Shown here: positions 1-8,793 of the stretch, piece by piece
Layout: each line of letters opens with the position of its first letter
Numbering within the stretch: the stretch's first letter is position 1
Sequence record: PV805631.1
From: a phage
Length of the DNA stretch: 64,000 nt
Direction: 5' to 3' (one strand)
Notes under the pieces: model-generated
What the model saw: the letters and a program-made list of their open reading frames with translations, nothing else
The model's database searches: none
What the model was told of the DNA's origin: nothing
Program-made: the position numbers and the translations under genes

Positions 1-371
1 CTAGCGGGAACTACGACATGGTTAGTCAACTGTGGCATAACTATGAGAAATCAGGATTCCTGTCTACCCGTATCTTTGATTATCTGGATTCTGACTCAAT
101 TAAACTGGTTGATACAGATGTAATCATGGCTATGATTAATACTATGCCTAAGAAACCATTCCCTGTAATGACTGTACATGACTGCTTCCGTTGTCATCCT
201 AACTACGGTAATGATCTGCGTCGTCAGTACAATCAGATTCTGTCTGACATTGCTAAGAGTGATCTACTGGGCTTCATCCTGTCTCAGGTACTGGGACAAG
301 AGTTCTCTGCTGGTAAGCTGGATGACAGCCTCTGGCAGGACATCCTTGAAACAGACTATGCGTTAAGTTAA
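1..371 (+). CDS. Phage single-subunit (T7-like) RNA polymerase, C-terminal fragment; 5' end lies outside the window (N4 RNAPII large-subunit-like)
   Basis: ORF runs off the window start. 'VHDCFRCHP' resembles T7 RNAP motif C (HDSFGT) and the C-terminus 'QDILETDYALS' resembles the T7 RNAP terminus 'RDILESDFAFA'. Confidence 0.8.
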   Translation, partial: SGNYDMVSQLWHNYEKSGFLSTRIFDYLDSDSIKLVDTDVIMAMINTMPKKPFPVMTVHDCFRCHPNYGNDLRRQYNQILSDIAKSDLLGFILSQVLGQEFSAGKLDDSLWQDILETDYALS

Positions 372-378
372 TAAACTG

Positions 379-412
379 GCCTCATACCTTCGGGTATGGG
401 GCTTTTATTTTT
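379..412 (+). terminator. Intrinsic terminator after the RNAP gene
   Basis: 10-bp GC-rich stem (GCCTCATACC / GGTATGGGGC, one wobble) with TTCG loop, followed by TTTTATTTTTT. Confidence 0.75.
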
Positions 413-415
413 TGC

Positions 416-613
416 TTGGAGGTAGTCAACATGACAGACATCTATGATGTTATTACTAAAACTGTACTGATAGTTTTATCTGCTATTGTGGTATTCACTA
501 TAGCCAATGTTCATAAATCCAAGTTTTCCTATTGCTACTATGGAGCATACTCTGCCGGTTGTTTTGTATTAGCCGGTTGGATAGCTTACTGGATTTACCG
601 CATCAACAACTAG
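416..613 (+). CDS. Small hydrophobic membrane protein (hypothetical)
   Basis: 65-aa ORF with two hydrophobic segments, bracketed by terminators. Confidence 0.4.
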   Translation: MEVVNMTDIYDVITKTVLIVLSAIVVFTIANVHKSKFSYCYYGAYSAGCFVLAGWIAYWIYRINN

Positions 614-640
614 CCACCCTCATGGGTGGCTTTCTTTTTT
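612..640 (+). terminator. Intrinsic terminator
   Basis: Stem AGCCACCC / GGGTGGCT, loop TCAT, then TTCTTTTTT. Confidence 0.7.
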
Positions 641-687
641 ATCAGCCTTCATAATAATTAGGCATATTTACTCAAGAGGATACATGT

Positions 688-1509
688 ATGCCAACCTTAA
701 AGATTGCGTTTAATAAAACAACCAACGTTGCTATCGTGCTTGATTCAGATGGTAGTGTTCCAGATGGTTTTGCGGAAGTAGGTACTTTTGTACATCCTGA
801 TGCCACTTACCCTGATAGCTTAGTTATCTATCACGGTGTACGTGACCTGTTGTATAAACGTTCTGCTGAAGACCCTGCTGAAGAAGGTTTCTGGCCTAAC
901 AGCATCGTGGATATGCAGTCGATCACTATTACCCCACAACTGACTATTGCTACCGAACTGCTTAATGAAGTCTCTGCCATCGAAGGTGAAGATATTAACT
1001 GGCATATTGATGTAGCAGGTGGTAAAGCACCTTTTACCTATAAGTGGCAATACAAAGCAGATACTGATGATGCAGTATTCACTGATATTGATTCTGATGA
1101 CAACGAATCTGCTGCTACTGCAACATTGACCATTAGTGGTGTAACCGCTGCTTCTGCTGGTACTTATAAAGTGATTGTTACTGATGCTAATGGAACCACG
1201 GTGGAAGATACCTCACTGCTGACTGTAAGCTACCCCGAAGCAAGCTCACTGGTAGCTACCCCAGATTCACTGGAACTGTCTGTTGCTGACGATACTACTG
1301 ATGGCAAGACTGTAACCATCACTGCTTTGCCTGTCGGAGCGTCTGTTGGTACTTTATCTATCAAGACTGCTCCGGATTCTGCCCGTGCTACAGCTACCAT
1401 TTCTGGTAACGTACTAACAGTTAAACCAGTGGCAGAAGGTGAAGCTACTTCTGTAGTAGTTACCAACGGTACTGTCGATGTAACCATCGCTATTACTGTT
1501 GCAGAGTAA
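688..1509 (+). CDS. Hypothetical protein with Ig-like repeat character
   Basis: 273 aa, Thr/Val/Ala-rich beta-strand segments such as 'TYKVIVTDANGTTVEDTSLLTV' and 'TVKPVAEGEATSVVVTNGTVDVTIAI'; domain assignment is by pattern only. Confidence 0.5.
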   Translation: MPTLKIAFNKTTNVAIVLDSDGSVPDGFAEVGTFVHPDATYPDSLVIYHGVRDLLYKRSAEDPAEEGFWPNSIVDMQSITITPQLTIATELLNEVSAIEGEDINWHIDVAGGKAPFTYKWQYKADTDDAVFTDIDSDDNESAATATLTISGVTAASAGTYKVIVTDANGTTVEDTSLLTVSYPEASSLVATPDSLELSVADDTTDGKTVTITALPVGASVGTLSIKTAPDSARATATISGNVLTVKPVAEGEATSVVVTNGTVDVTIAITVAE

Positions 1510-1567
1510 GGGTATCCCTTATTTGGGGTTATAAACCCTGAAAGGAATCCCTCTAGTTTGACCTCCC

Positions 1568-1597
1568 TATTGAAGGGAGGTCTTTTTTGACTTAAAC
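1568..1597 (+). terminator. Intrinsic terminator
   Basis: Stem GACCTCCCT / AGGGAGGTC followed by TTTTTT. Confidence 0.75.
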
Positions 1598-1613
1598 AAA
1601 CCGGAGCCAGGAA

Positions 1614-1802
1614 ATGTATAAAGAGATTGCATTCTTCTCGTTCTTATTAGGAGGGTTAATTGGTGCAGGAATTGTAGCTATTTCTAATACCTACTTTGGT
1701 TCTACTCCAAATTCTGTAACACAAACCCTCAAGCATGAATGTGAATTGAATATCCCTCGTAACCAAAACTGTGTAATGCAGTTCGTACCGGAGAAGAAAT
1801 GA
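1614..1802 (+). CDS. Small membrane protein (hypothetical)
   Basis: 62-aa ORF with N-terminal hydrophobic segment 'IAFFSFLLGGLIGAGIVAI'. Confidence 0.4.
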   Translation: MYKEIAFFSFLLGGLIGAGIVAISNTYFGSTPNSVTQTLKHECELNIPRNQNCVMQFVPEKK

Positions 1803-1984
1803 AACTAACCCAGTCCCAAGCAATTTTCCTTCGCATGGTTCAAGGTGGTTCTGCCACCAGCAACCGTAATAACAAAACCGCACAGTCTCTTAAGAAGCTG
1901 GGCTTAGTACAGTTCAATGCTGGTCTTGGGTGGTCATTAACCCCTACCGGTGTACTTCAACTCAACGAATTAAAAGGTAACTAA
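1799..1984 (+). CDS. Hypothetical protein
   Basis: 61-aa ORF overlapping the previous stop (ATGA) and abutting the next gene; operon packing. Confidence 0.35.
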   Translation: MKLTQSQAIFLRMVQGGSATSNRNNKTAQSLKKLGLVQFNAGLGWSLTPTGVLQLNELKGN

Positions 1985-2311
1985 ATGAAAACTTTAATTG
2001 CTGTTGTTCTAGTAGCTCTATCAGTTCTGTCATTCGGTGCTCAAGCATCTAGTCGTGCAACCTTGTTGGAATCTGCTGCTGATTACAAAGCTAATAATGC
2101 AAACTTTGTGAATCAAGGTTACTTCATGGGCATGGTTACTATGGGTGTGGAAGCAGGAAAGAATTGTGTACCTGACGGTATAAAATTAGGGCACATTTTT
2201 GACAGAGTGGCATCTATTATTCTGTATGACCGAAAGGTTAATGCAGTAAAAGTACCATCAGACATGGTTCTGTTAGCGATTAATACAGCCTATCCCTGCG
2301 TTAAATCTTAA
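1985..2311 (+). CDS. Hypothetical secreted/periplasmic protein
   Basis: N-terminal signal-peptide-like 'MKTLIAVVLVALSVLSFGAQA'. Confidence 0.45.
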   Translation: MKTLIAVVLVALSVLSFGAQASSRATLLESAADYKANNANFVNQGYFMGMVTMGVEAGKNCVPDGIKLGHIFDRVASIILYDRKVNAVKVPSDMVLLAINTAYPCVKS

Positions 2312-2345
2312 TTAGTAATTCCATTAACTTTAGGAGAGTAAGTAA

Positions 2346-3398
2346 ATGGCGAGCATTGACTCCTTGACTGTATGTAATACACGCCAAGCCCGTAACTTTA
2401 TTATCCGTGCCTTGCAAGCAGGTAACGTACCGTTCCTGACTTCATCACCAGGTATGGGTAAGTCTGCAATTATTCGTTCTATTGCAGAAGAATTTGGTAT
2501 GAAGCTGATTGACCATCGTCTGTCTACTTCTGCCCCGGAAGACTTATCTGGTCTACCATTCCGTAATGGTGACCGTGCAGAGTTTATTCCATTTGCTGAC
2601 TTATTCCCTATCGAGGGTGACAAAGTACCGGATGGTTATAATGGCTGGCTCCTGTTCCTTGATGAGTTCAACTCAGCTAAGAAAGAAGTAGTGGCTGCTG
2701 CATACAAACTAATTCTCGACCGCATGACCGGACAGAAAAAACTTCACCCTAATGTGATGATTATCTGTGCCGGTAACAAAGCTACTGACCGAGCCATAGT
2801 TAACCCACTGGGTACTGCAATGCAGTCTCGTGTTGTCCACTTCGAAATGGAACTCGACTTCGACATCTTTGTTGAAGACGTAATGATTCCACAAGAATGG
2901 GATGAGCGTCTGGTTGCATTCTTACATGCTAACCCTGGTTATCTGCATGACTTCGACCCCGCACATAAGAATAAAACATTCTGTTGCCCACGTACCTGGG
3001 ACTTTGTTAACAAAGACCTCAAGAACCGACCAGAAGGTGCTTTGCCTGATGAAGATTCTATCTACTATGCAGGCCACGTTACTGCTGGTAAAGCTACAGA
3101 GTTTGTTCAGTTCACTCAGGTATACAATCGTATGATTACGATTGAGAAGGTAGTAAAAGACCCGTTAGGCTGTGCACTACCGGAAGATAATAACCTGTGT
3201 TGGGCTACTGTTAACCATCTGGCTAACAAAACTACTGAAGATAACTTCGCTGATGTTCTTCAGTACATTGAACGCTTTAAAACGTTCACCCATAAGATTC
3301 TGTACTTCCGTACAGTAGGAAAAGCATTACCAGAAATTCAGGCTACCCCTGAATGGCGTAAGGCTGCTGCCAATATCTCTCGTTACATTCACGGATAA
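2346..3398 (+). CDS. AAA+ ATPase (MoxR/AAA_5-like)
   Basis: Walker A 'SPGMGKS', Walker B 'LLFLDEFN', sensor-like 'ICAGN'; RBS AGGAGAG upstream of the ATG. Confidence 0.75.
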   Translation: MASIDSLTVCNTRQARNFIIRALQAGNVPFLTSSPGMGKSAIIRSIAEEFGMKLIDHRLSTSAPEDLSGLPFRNGDRAEFIPFADLFPIEGDKVPDGYNGWLLFLDEFNSAKKEVVAAAYKLILDRMTGQKKLHPNVMIICAGNKATDRAIVNPLGTAMQSRVVHFEMELDFDIFVEDVMIPQEWDERLVAFLHANPGYLHDFDPAHKNKTFCCPRTWDFVNKDLKNRPEGALPDEDSIYYAGHVTAGKATEFVQFTQVYNRMITIEKVVKDPLGCALPEDNNLCWATVNHLANKTTEDNFADVLQYIERFKTFTHKILYFRTVGKALPEIQATPEWRKAAANISRYIHG

Positions 3399-3401
3399 AC
3401 T

Positions 3402-3878
3402 ATGAACTGGCATGAACTATTTGTTTATAGCAATGGTTCCCTTTACTGGAAAGTAAGTAGGGGCTGCGTAAAAGCAGGTGCCATTGCTGGTTGTTTGGAT
3501 AACAGCGGGTATTTGCGTGTTAAATGTAATAGAAAAAATCATTTAGTTCACCGCATAATTTATGAAATGGAAATTGGTCCAATTCCTGATGGTATGCAGG
3601 TAGACCATATTGACCACAATAGGCTAAATAATTACCCAAGTAATTTCCGTTTAGTAACAAACATGGTTAATAGTAAAAACCAAACCATGAGAGTAACAAA
3701 TACATCAGGTGTGACAGGAGTATACTGGCACACTCGGGATAAAATTTGGACTGCCCATATAAATGACAATGGTAAACAAATTTACTTAGGAAAATTTAAC
3801 AGTAAACAAGAAGCCATTTCAGCCAGAAAGGAAGCAGAAAAATTATTGGGCTACCATATAAATCATGGGGAACCCTAA
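3402..3878 (+). mobile_element. Free-standing HNH homing endonuclease (HNH plus AP2-like DNA-binding domain)
   Basis: 'DHIDHNRLNN...NFRLVT' HNH-type motif, then 'SGVTGVYWHTRDKIWTAHI...QIYLGKFNSKQEAISARKEA' AP2-like; sits between the ATPase and vWA genes. Confidence 0.75.
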
Positions 3879-5053
3879 TGAATAGTATACCTACGCATAC
3901 TCTCACTGATGAACGGTTAATGAGGGAGTACGATAGAATACAAGCGCAGGCATTTCTCGGACGTAGTGCAGCGTTTTTTGGTTCATTGCTGTGTAGTCTT
4001 AAGTTCTCATGGAAACGTGAGGGCTGTCCCACTGCATGTACCGACGGGATAGAACTCCATTTCAACCCAGACTTCTTTATCTGGATGTGTCCTGATGCAA
4101 GGGAAACAGTGCTAATGCACGAACTTTGGCATGTGGCATATCTGCATGGAATCCGTTGTGGAAGCCGTGATCCAGAAGTCTGGAACCAGGCATGTGACCA
4201 CTTCATTAACCTTCAGTTAGAGGAAGATGGTTACAAGTTCACTGGTATCGACAAAGGCATTTGCAAAGACCCTCAATATAAAGGATGGGTCGAAGAAGAC
4301 ATCTACGATGACCTGATGAAGAACCCTCAGAAAAGGCAGAAGCCGTCGGGGGGAGCTGGAGCAGGTCTTGCTGGCGACATGAAAGCTCCCTCTTCGGGGC
4401 AGTCCCAGGGTGCTGTTGTCAACAACGTAGTACGTGCAATACAAAGCCAGAAGATGGCTGGTGGAACGATGCCCGGTAAAGGTGCTGGTCGTATGGAAGA
4501 GGTTATTACCCAATTCCTTAAACCAGTGGTTCCGTGGCAGGAAGTCCTGATGAACTTCTTTACCGACATTGATGATACGCATTATACGTGGGCCAGACCC
4601 AACCGTCGTTTCACTGACGTCTATCTACCTTCTCTGGAAGATGATGAAGGACGTTTACGACACTTAGCCTATTTTGAGGATGTATCCGGTTCTATTAGTA
4701 GTGCTGACTCTCTGCGTTTTAACTCAGAGGTTGCCTACGTTAAGAGCCAGTTCAATCCTAAGAAGATGACCCTAATTACCTTCGACGATATTATCCAAGA
4801 AGAAATAGACATCACTGAAGAAGATACTTTTGAAGAGATTAAGATTACTGGACGAGGGGGTACAAACCTTGAACCAGTGCGTGAATGGATTATTAAGAAT
4901 AAGCCAACCGCTGCAATCATATTCTCTGATATGTATGTTCGCCCTATGGAAGATTTACCATTTGATATTCCTATCATCTGGTGTGTTCTGAATAATCCTA
5001 ATGCTACCGTACCTTTTGGGGAGGTAGTTCATATCCCTAAAGGAATGAAATAA
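3878..5053 (+). CDS. vWA-domain protein with N-terminal putative metallopeptidase-like region (partner of the AAA+ ATPase)
   Basis: 'VLMHELWHVAYLHG' (HExxH), C-terminal vWA-like 'ITGRGGTNLEPV...AAIIFSDMYV'. Confidence 0.65.
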   Translation: MNSIPTHTLTDERLMREYDRIQAQAFLGRSAAFFGSLLCSLKFSWKREGCPTACTDGIELHFNPDFFIWMCPDARETVLMHELWHVAYLHGIRCGSRDPEVWNQACDHFINLQLEEDGYKFTGIDKGICKDPQYKGWVEEDIYDDLMKNPQKRQKPSGGAGAGLAGDMKAPSSGQSQGAVVNNVVRAIQSQKMAGGTMPGKGAGRMEEVITQFLKPVVPWQEVLMNFFTDIDDTHYTWARPNRRFTDVYLPSLEDDEGRLRHLAYFEDVSGSISSADSLRFNSEVAYVKSQFNPKKMTLITFDDIIQEEIDITEEDTFEEIKITGRGGTNLEPVREWIIKNKPTAAIIFSDMYVRPMEDLPFDIPIIWCVLNNPNATVPFGEVVHIPKGMK

Positions 5054-5559
5054 TGATTGTTAATGGTAATTCTCTATACCGTTCATCTCAATTGCTGGAT
5101 GTCCCAGACCGTAAGGTATCCGAGCATGGTGTAAGCTATGGATTAGGTGAAGCTGGTTATGATATTCGTATCAAACAAGACATTACCTTCTATCGCTTAT
5201 TTGGGTTAATTCCAATGGTGAAAATCGTCGATGGAAAACAAGTATCACGCCATCTCGGTAAATTCGCATTAGCTTCAGCAATTGAGAAGTTCAACATGTC
5301 ACCCTCGTGTGTAGCTATCGTTCACGATAAGTCCACATGGGCAAGACGTGCATTATCTGTGTTCAATACCGTAATAGAACCAGGATGGAAAGGGTATCTT
5401 ACCCTTGAACTGGTCTATCACGGTCGTAAGAAACTGCATATCCCGGCTGGTGCTGGGATAGCTCAAGTATTATTTCATCTGGTTCAAGAGCCTGCTAATT
5501 ACAACGGCAAGTATCAGAATCAGGAGGACAAACCAGTAGCTGCAAGAAGCAGTAAATAA
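5053..5559 (+). CDS. dcd: dCTP deaminase-like protein
   Basis: 'IEPGWKGYLTLELVYHG...YNGKYQNQ' parallels E. coli Dcd 'IDPGWSGCIVLEF...YNRREDAKYRNQQG' as recalled. Confidence 0.65.
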   Translation: MIVNGNSLYRSSQLLDVPDRKVSEHGVSYGLGEAGYDIRIKQDITFYRLFGLIPMVKIVDGKQVSRHLGKFALASAIEKFNMSPSCVAIVHDKSTWARRALSVFNTVIEPGWKGYLTLELVYHGRKKLHIPAGAGIAQVLFHLVQEPANYNGKYQNQEDKPVAARSSK

Positions 5560-5568
5560 GGAAACAAC

Positions 5569-5769
5569 ATGTCTGTATTTCAAGTAACTCCTGTTGATAG
5601 TACCCAACGTAAAACTATTGTTGCAACTAATGTAGTAGATGTAGATGAAACCCCAGCTGGTGCTGTAATCCATCTGATTGATGGGCGAACTGTAACTGTA
5701 AAAGAAAGCTATCGTTCAGTACGTGGTTACGTCCGTAAAGCTTTAGCTGCTGTCTCTGATGCAGAGTAA
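5569..5769 (+). CDS. Hypothetical protein
   Basis: 66-aa ORF in operon context. Confidence 0.35.
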   Translation: MSVFQVTPVDSTQRKTIVATNVVDVDETPAGAVIHLIDGRTVTVKESYRSVRGYVRKALAAVSDAE

Positions 5770-5780
5770 GTAGCTGCCTA

Positions 5781-5808
5781 AATAGCCCAACTATGCTGGG
5801 CTATTTGT
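5781..5808 (+). terminator. Hairpin, possible weak terminator
   Basis: Stem AATAGCCCA / TGGGCTATT with a short T-tract. Confidence 0.3.
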
Positions 5809-6103
5809 GAAGAAACTAACTCAACCTCACATAGGAACCATCATGGAATCTTTAGCAGCAATCCTCGTTCTGTTATTTGCACTTGCTATATACCTTATCC
5901 CTACTATTATTGCTTTTGCACGAGGCCATGCCTCTAAGTGGGGCATTGGTATACTCAATATCGTATTAGGCTGGTCTTTAGTCTTCTGGGTAGTAGCACT
6001 GATTTGGTCACTGTCTAACAAAGGGCAGTCTCAGACTACAATCGTTAACGTTGGCAGTGGTAACCAGTACAACGTGTCTCAAACGAGCCAGTCTGATAAG
6101 TAA
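5807..6103 (+). CDS. Superinfection-immunity-like small membrane protein
   Basis: Two TM segments; 'PTIIAFARGH...ILNIVLGWSLVFWVVALIWSL' matches the Imm_superinfect-type motif as recalled. Confidence 0.55.
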   Translation: MKKLTQPHIGTIMESLAAILVLLFALAIYLIPTIIAFARGHASKWGIGILNIVLGWSLVFWVVALIWSLSNKGQSQTTIVNVGSGNQYNVSQTSQSDK

Positions 6104-6177
6104 CTAACCTAAGCATCATTGTATAGTGGTGCTTGTGGAAGTTGCTTCCAGCTCATTACTTATCCATCTCCTAATCC

Positions 6178-6206
6178 AAGCCCACCTAACCCGTGGGCTT
6201 TTTTTA
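6178..6206 (+). terminator. Intrinsic terminator
   Basis: Stem AAGCCCAC / GTGGGCTT followed by TTTTTTT. Confidence 0.75.
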
Positions 6207-6226
6207 ATTATAGGTAGTAAATACTA

Positions 6227-6670
6227 ATGCGTATCCCATTCCTAAGAAAAAGGGAACGGAATCCTGTTCTTTATAATAAAGGCATAGAGGATGAGTATGA
6301 ACTCAACCGTAAGGCCCGTTCCTACGCAGCAAAATTATTCATGGGGACTAGCAACCCTAATAGATTACTGGACTTTGTTTTCGAACAAGTCTTTATCATA
6401 TACAGCTTAGCTATGTCTGCTGGTTCACAAGAAGTAAGTGATAAGGCAAGATATGCTCTCTGTATGCTCCGGAAAGAGTATGAAGCCCTCCTGTATGAAG
6501 ACTTGTACTCCTTTAAGAAAGAAACCGCTGTAGCGTGTTCTGTGGCTCTTACTGAAGGTATAGCAGTATTACAAGAACTACCTCGTAGTGAGTTTAAGCT
6601 GGTATATGCCCAGGCCAGGAGAATTACAGAAAACCGAAGTGGTATTACCAACTATCTAAGGTCATTCTAA
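6227..6670 (+). CDS. Hypothetical protein
   Basis: 147-aa ORF; its stop overlaps the ThyX start. Confidence 0.45.
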   Translation: MRIPFLRKRERNPVLYNKGIEDEYELNRKARSYAAKLFMGTSNPNRLLDFVFEQVFIIYSLAMSAGSQEVSDKARYALCMLRKEYEALLYEDLYSFKKETAVACSVALTEGIAVLQELPRSEFKLVYAQARRITENRSGITNYLRSF

Positions 6671-7614
6671 TGATTAAGGCAACTGTCATTGCAGATTCCG
6701 TTCATCATGTAACGGGTACTCGTATTACTACCTTTGAATTGGTTTATCCTCGATTCATTCACAGTGAGTTTATGACCCACCGTGTATTCAACCGAAATGC
6801 TTCAAGTAGTCGTGCTATCCCTACTTCTAAGTTCATAGAACAGGTTCGTAATGAACCAGTGATGCCAAGTCACTGGGGCAAGAACCAGAAAGGTATGCAG
6901 GCATTTGAAGAATTGTCTGAAGACCAACGTAGTGATGCAACCTTTATCTGGGAACAGGCTGCATCCAGTGCTGCTACCTATGCAGAAATGCTTCGTCGTG
7001 GACAAGTACATAAGCAGATTGTTAACCGTATTCTGGAACCATTTACGCATATCCGTGTAGTGGTAACTTCAACTAGCTGGGCTAATTTCTATGGCTTACG
7101 TGACCATGAAGATGCTCAACCAGAGATTCGTGAACTGGCTCAAGCAATGCGTAAGGCTCATAATGAAAGTGTTCCATCTAAGCTGTCCCAAGGTGTGTGG
7201 CATCTGCCTTATATTCGCAAGATTGATTGTATTAACGCTTACGATCATTGCAAACATCAACGAGTTACTTGTGATAAACCAAGTGATGAAGAAGTTTTAG
7301 GCTTACTGCTTAAAGTCTCTGCTGCTCGCTGTGCACGTGCCTCCTATAACAACTTTGAAGGCAAGCCATCTACTATTAGTGATGACCTTGCCCTCTTTGC
7401 TAAGTTGGTAGAGAAACAACCAATTCATGCGTCACCTACTGAGCATCAAGCTACCCCGATGGACTTCAGTACCAAGTTTGTTAACAACCAGAACCCATTA
7501 ACCTGGGAACAAGGTGTTACCTCTATGGACCGTGAAGGTAAGCTGTACTCAGGCAACTTACTGGATTTCATCCAATTCCGTAAACTAATACCCGGAGAAA
7601 CAATTACAGAATGA
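6670..7614 (+). CDS. thyX: Flavin-dependent thymidylate synthase (ThyX-like)
   Basis: 'FMTHRVFNRNASSSRAIP' resembles the ThyX RHR-x7-S signature, with THR in place of RHR. Confidence 0.6.
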   Translation: MIKATVIADSVHHVTGTRITTFELVYPRFIHSEFMTHRVFNRNASSSRAIPTSKFIEQVRNEPVMPSHWGKNQKGMQAFEELSEDQRSDATFIWEQAASSAATYAEMLRRGQVHKQIVNRILEPFTHIRVVVTSTSWANFYGLRDHEDAQPEIRELAQAMRKAHNESVPSKLSQGVWHLPYIRKIDCINAYDHCKHQRVTCDKPSDEEVLGLLLKVSAARCARASYNNFEGKPSTISDDLALFAKLVEKQPIHASPTEHQATPMDFSTKFVNNQNPLTWEQGVTSMDREGKLYSGNLLDFIQFRKLIPGETITE

Positions 7615-7847
7615 AACGTTTAGCTATCCAAGCTCTATTTATAAGTATCATCCTGGTTCTGGAATTTGTATTTGCACTACATGGTGCACAGAGCCTGGAA
7701 GAGATGTTCTTCGTAGTAGCCCGTTTCTCTGCGTGTGTTCTTGGCTTGTGGTGTGTGTATTACTATGCACGAGATTACGCAGCCATTAAGGAACATGATG
7801 ATGCTAAGGAACGTCTACGACAATTCGTAGAAGAGAATCGTAAGTAA
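7611..7847 (+). CDS. Small membrane protein (hypothetical)
   Basis: Two hydrophobic segments; ATGA overlap with thyX. Confidence 0.4.
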   Translation: MKRLAIQALFISIILVLEFVFALHGAQSLEEMFFVVARFSACVLGLWCVYYYARDYAAIKEHDDAKERLRQFVEENRK

Positions 7848-7852
7848 ACCTA

Positions 7853-7879
7853 AGACCTCCTCCGGGAGGTCTTTTTTTG
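7853..7879 (+). terminator. Intrinsic terminator
   Basis: Stem AGACCTCC / GGAGGTCT with TCCG loop, then TTTTTTT. Confidence 0.8.
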
Positions 7880-8131
7880 GTTTCAATTACTGTCCCAGGA
7901 GGACTTATGGCAAGTTGGTACGCAACTATGTTGGAGAAAGATTCCAATGGACTATGCAGGGAATCCGTCGGTAGTTTTAAAAACATCTGTATAGATGGGC
8001 GTTTATGCATGATTAACGCAATAGATATTGCAGAAGAAACCCTGTCTAAAGAGTCAGGTTATGCAGGGTTTAAGCTGGAAAAACTTAATAGAGCCTGGGA
8101 TTACAGAAATCCTTTTATTTATAAAAATTAA
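7877..8131 (+). CDS. Hypothetical protein
   Basis: 84-aa ORF immediately after a terminator; coding status uncertain. Confidence 0.3.
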   Translation: MVSITVPGGLMASWYATMLEKDSNGLCRESVGSFKNICIDGRLCMINAIDIAEETLSKESGYAGFKLEKLNRAWDYRNPFIYKN

Positions 8132-8140
8132 GGAAACAGT

Positions 8141-8353
8141 ATGCCTGCTAAATACCGTATCAAAGACACTCCACTAATGTGTGAGGGTGAGAAGGGTGAC
8201 ATTGTATATGCCTGTATACAGGATGATTTCAATGCTGCTCTGATGTTAACCCAAATGACAAATACACTGCATGTATCAGTAACACTGGACCCTACCGGGG
8301 ACTATCCATGCTTCCCTATCCCTGCTCATAACCTGGAGCAAATCCGTGATTAA
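8141..8353 (+). CDS. Hypothetical protein
   Basis: RBS AAGGAAACAG upstream of the ATG. Confidence 0.4.
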   Translation: MPAKYRIKDTPLMCEGEKGDIVYACIQDDFNAALMLTQMTNTLHVSVTLDPTGDYPCFPIPAHNLEQIRD

Positions 8354-8660
8354 TCCTGAAGTTATTCATAGTAAAACTGGTAAGGCTGTACCACTTAGTG
8401 ATATTGCAGTTACTGGTGATATTGCTGCTTGCCCAGCTAATATCGCCTCCCTATGTATGTGCATTGCTGCACTAGCAGAAGAACGTAAATTATGGCTGGA
8501 ACCAAGCAAAGAAATGGTACTGGCTGGCATGTCTGAACTGAATGCACTTCTGAAAGAAATGTATGACGAGGATGGACAATTAGTTGAGCCAACTGATGAT
8601 CAGATTTCGGATGCTGTAGTATTCGTCCTTCAAGCAATGGCAGGTAAACGCAATGATTGA
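8346..8660 (+). CDS. Hypothetical protein
   Basis: 104-aa ORF overlapping the previous gene. Confidence 0.4.
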   Translation: MINPEVIHSKTGKAVPLSDIAVTGDIAACPANIASLCMCIAALAEERKLWLEPSKEMVLAGMSELNALLKEMYDEDGQLVEPTDDQISDAVVFVLQAMAGKRND

Positions 8661-8793
8661 AGTATTCATCTATTTCATGGCTCTACCCTACATACTTAAT
8701 GAGTTATTGGGTACATACGGTACAGCCGTAGGCATTTCTGTAGTTGTATTCAGTCTTTTCCTATAAGCAACATTTAAACTGGAGAGTAAATAA

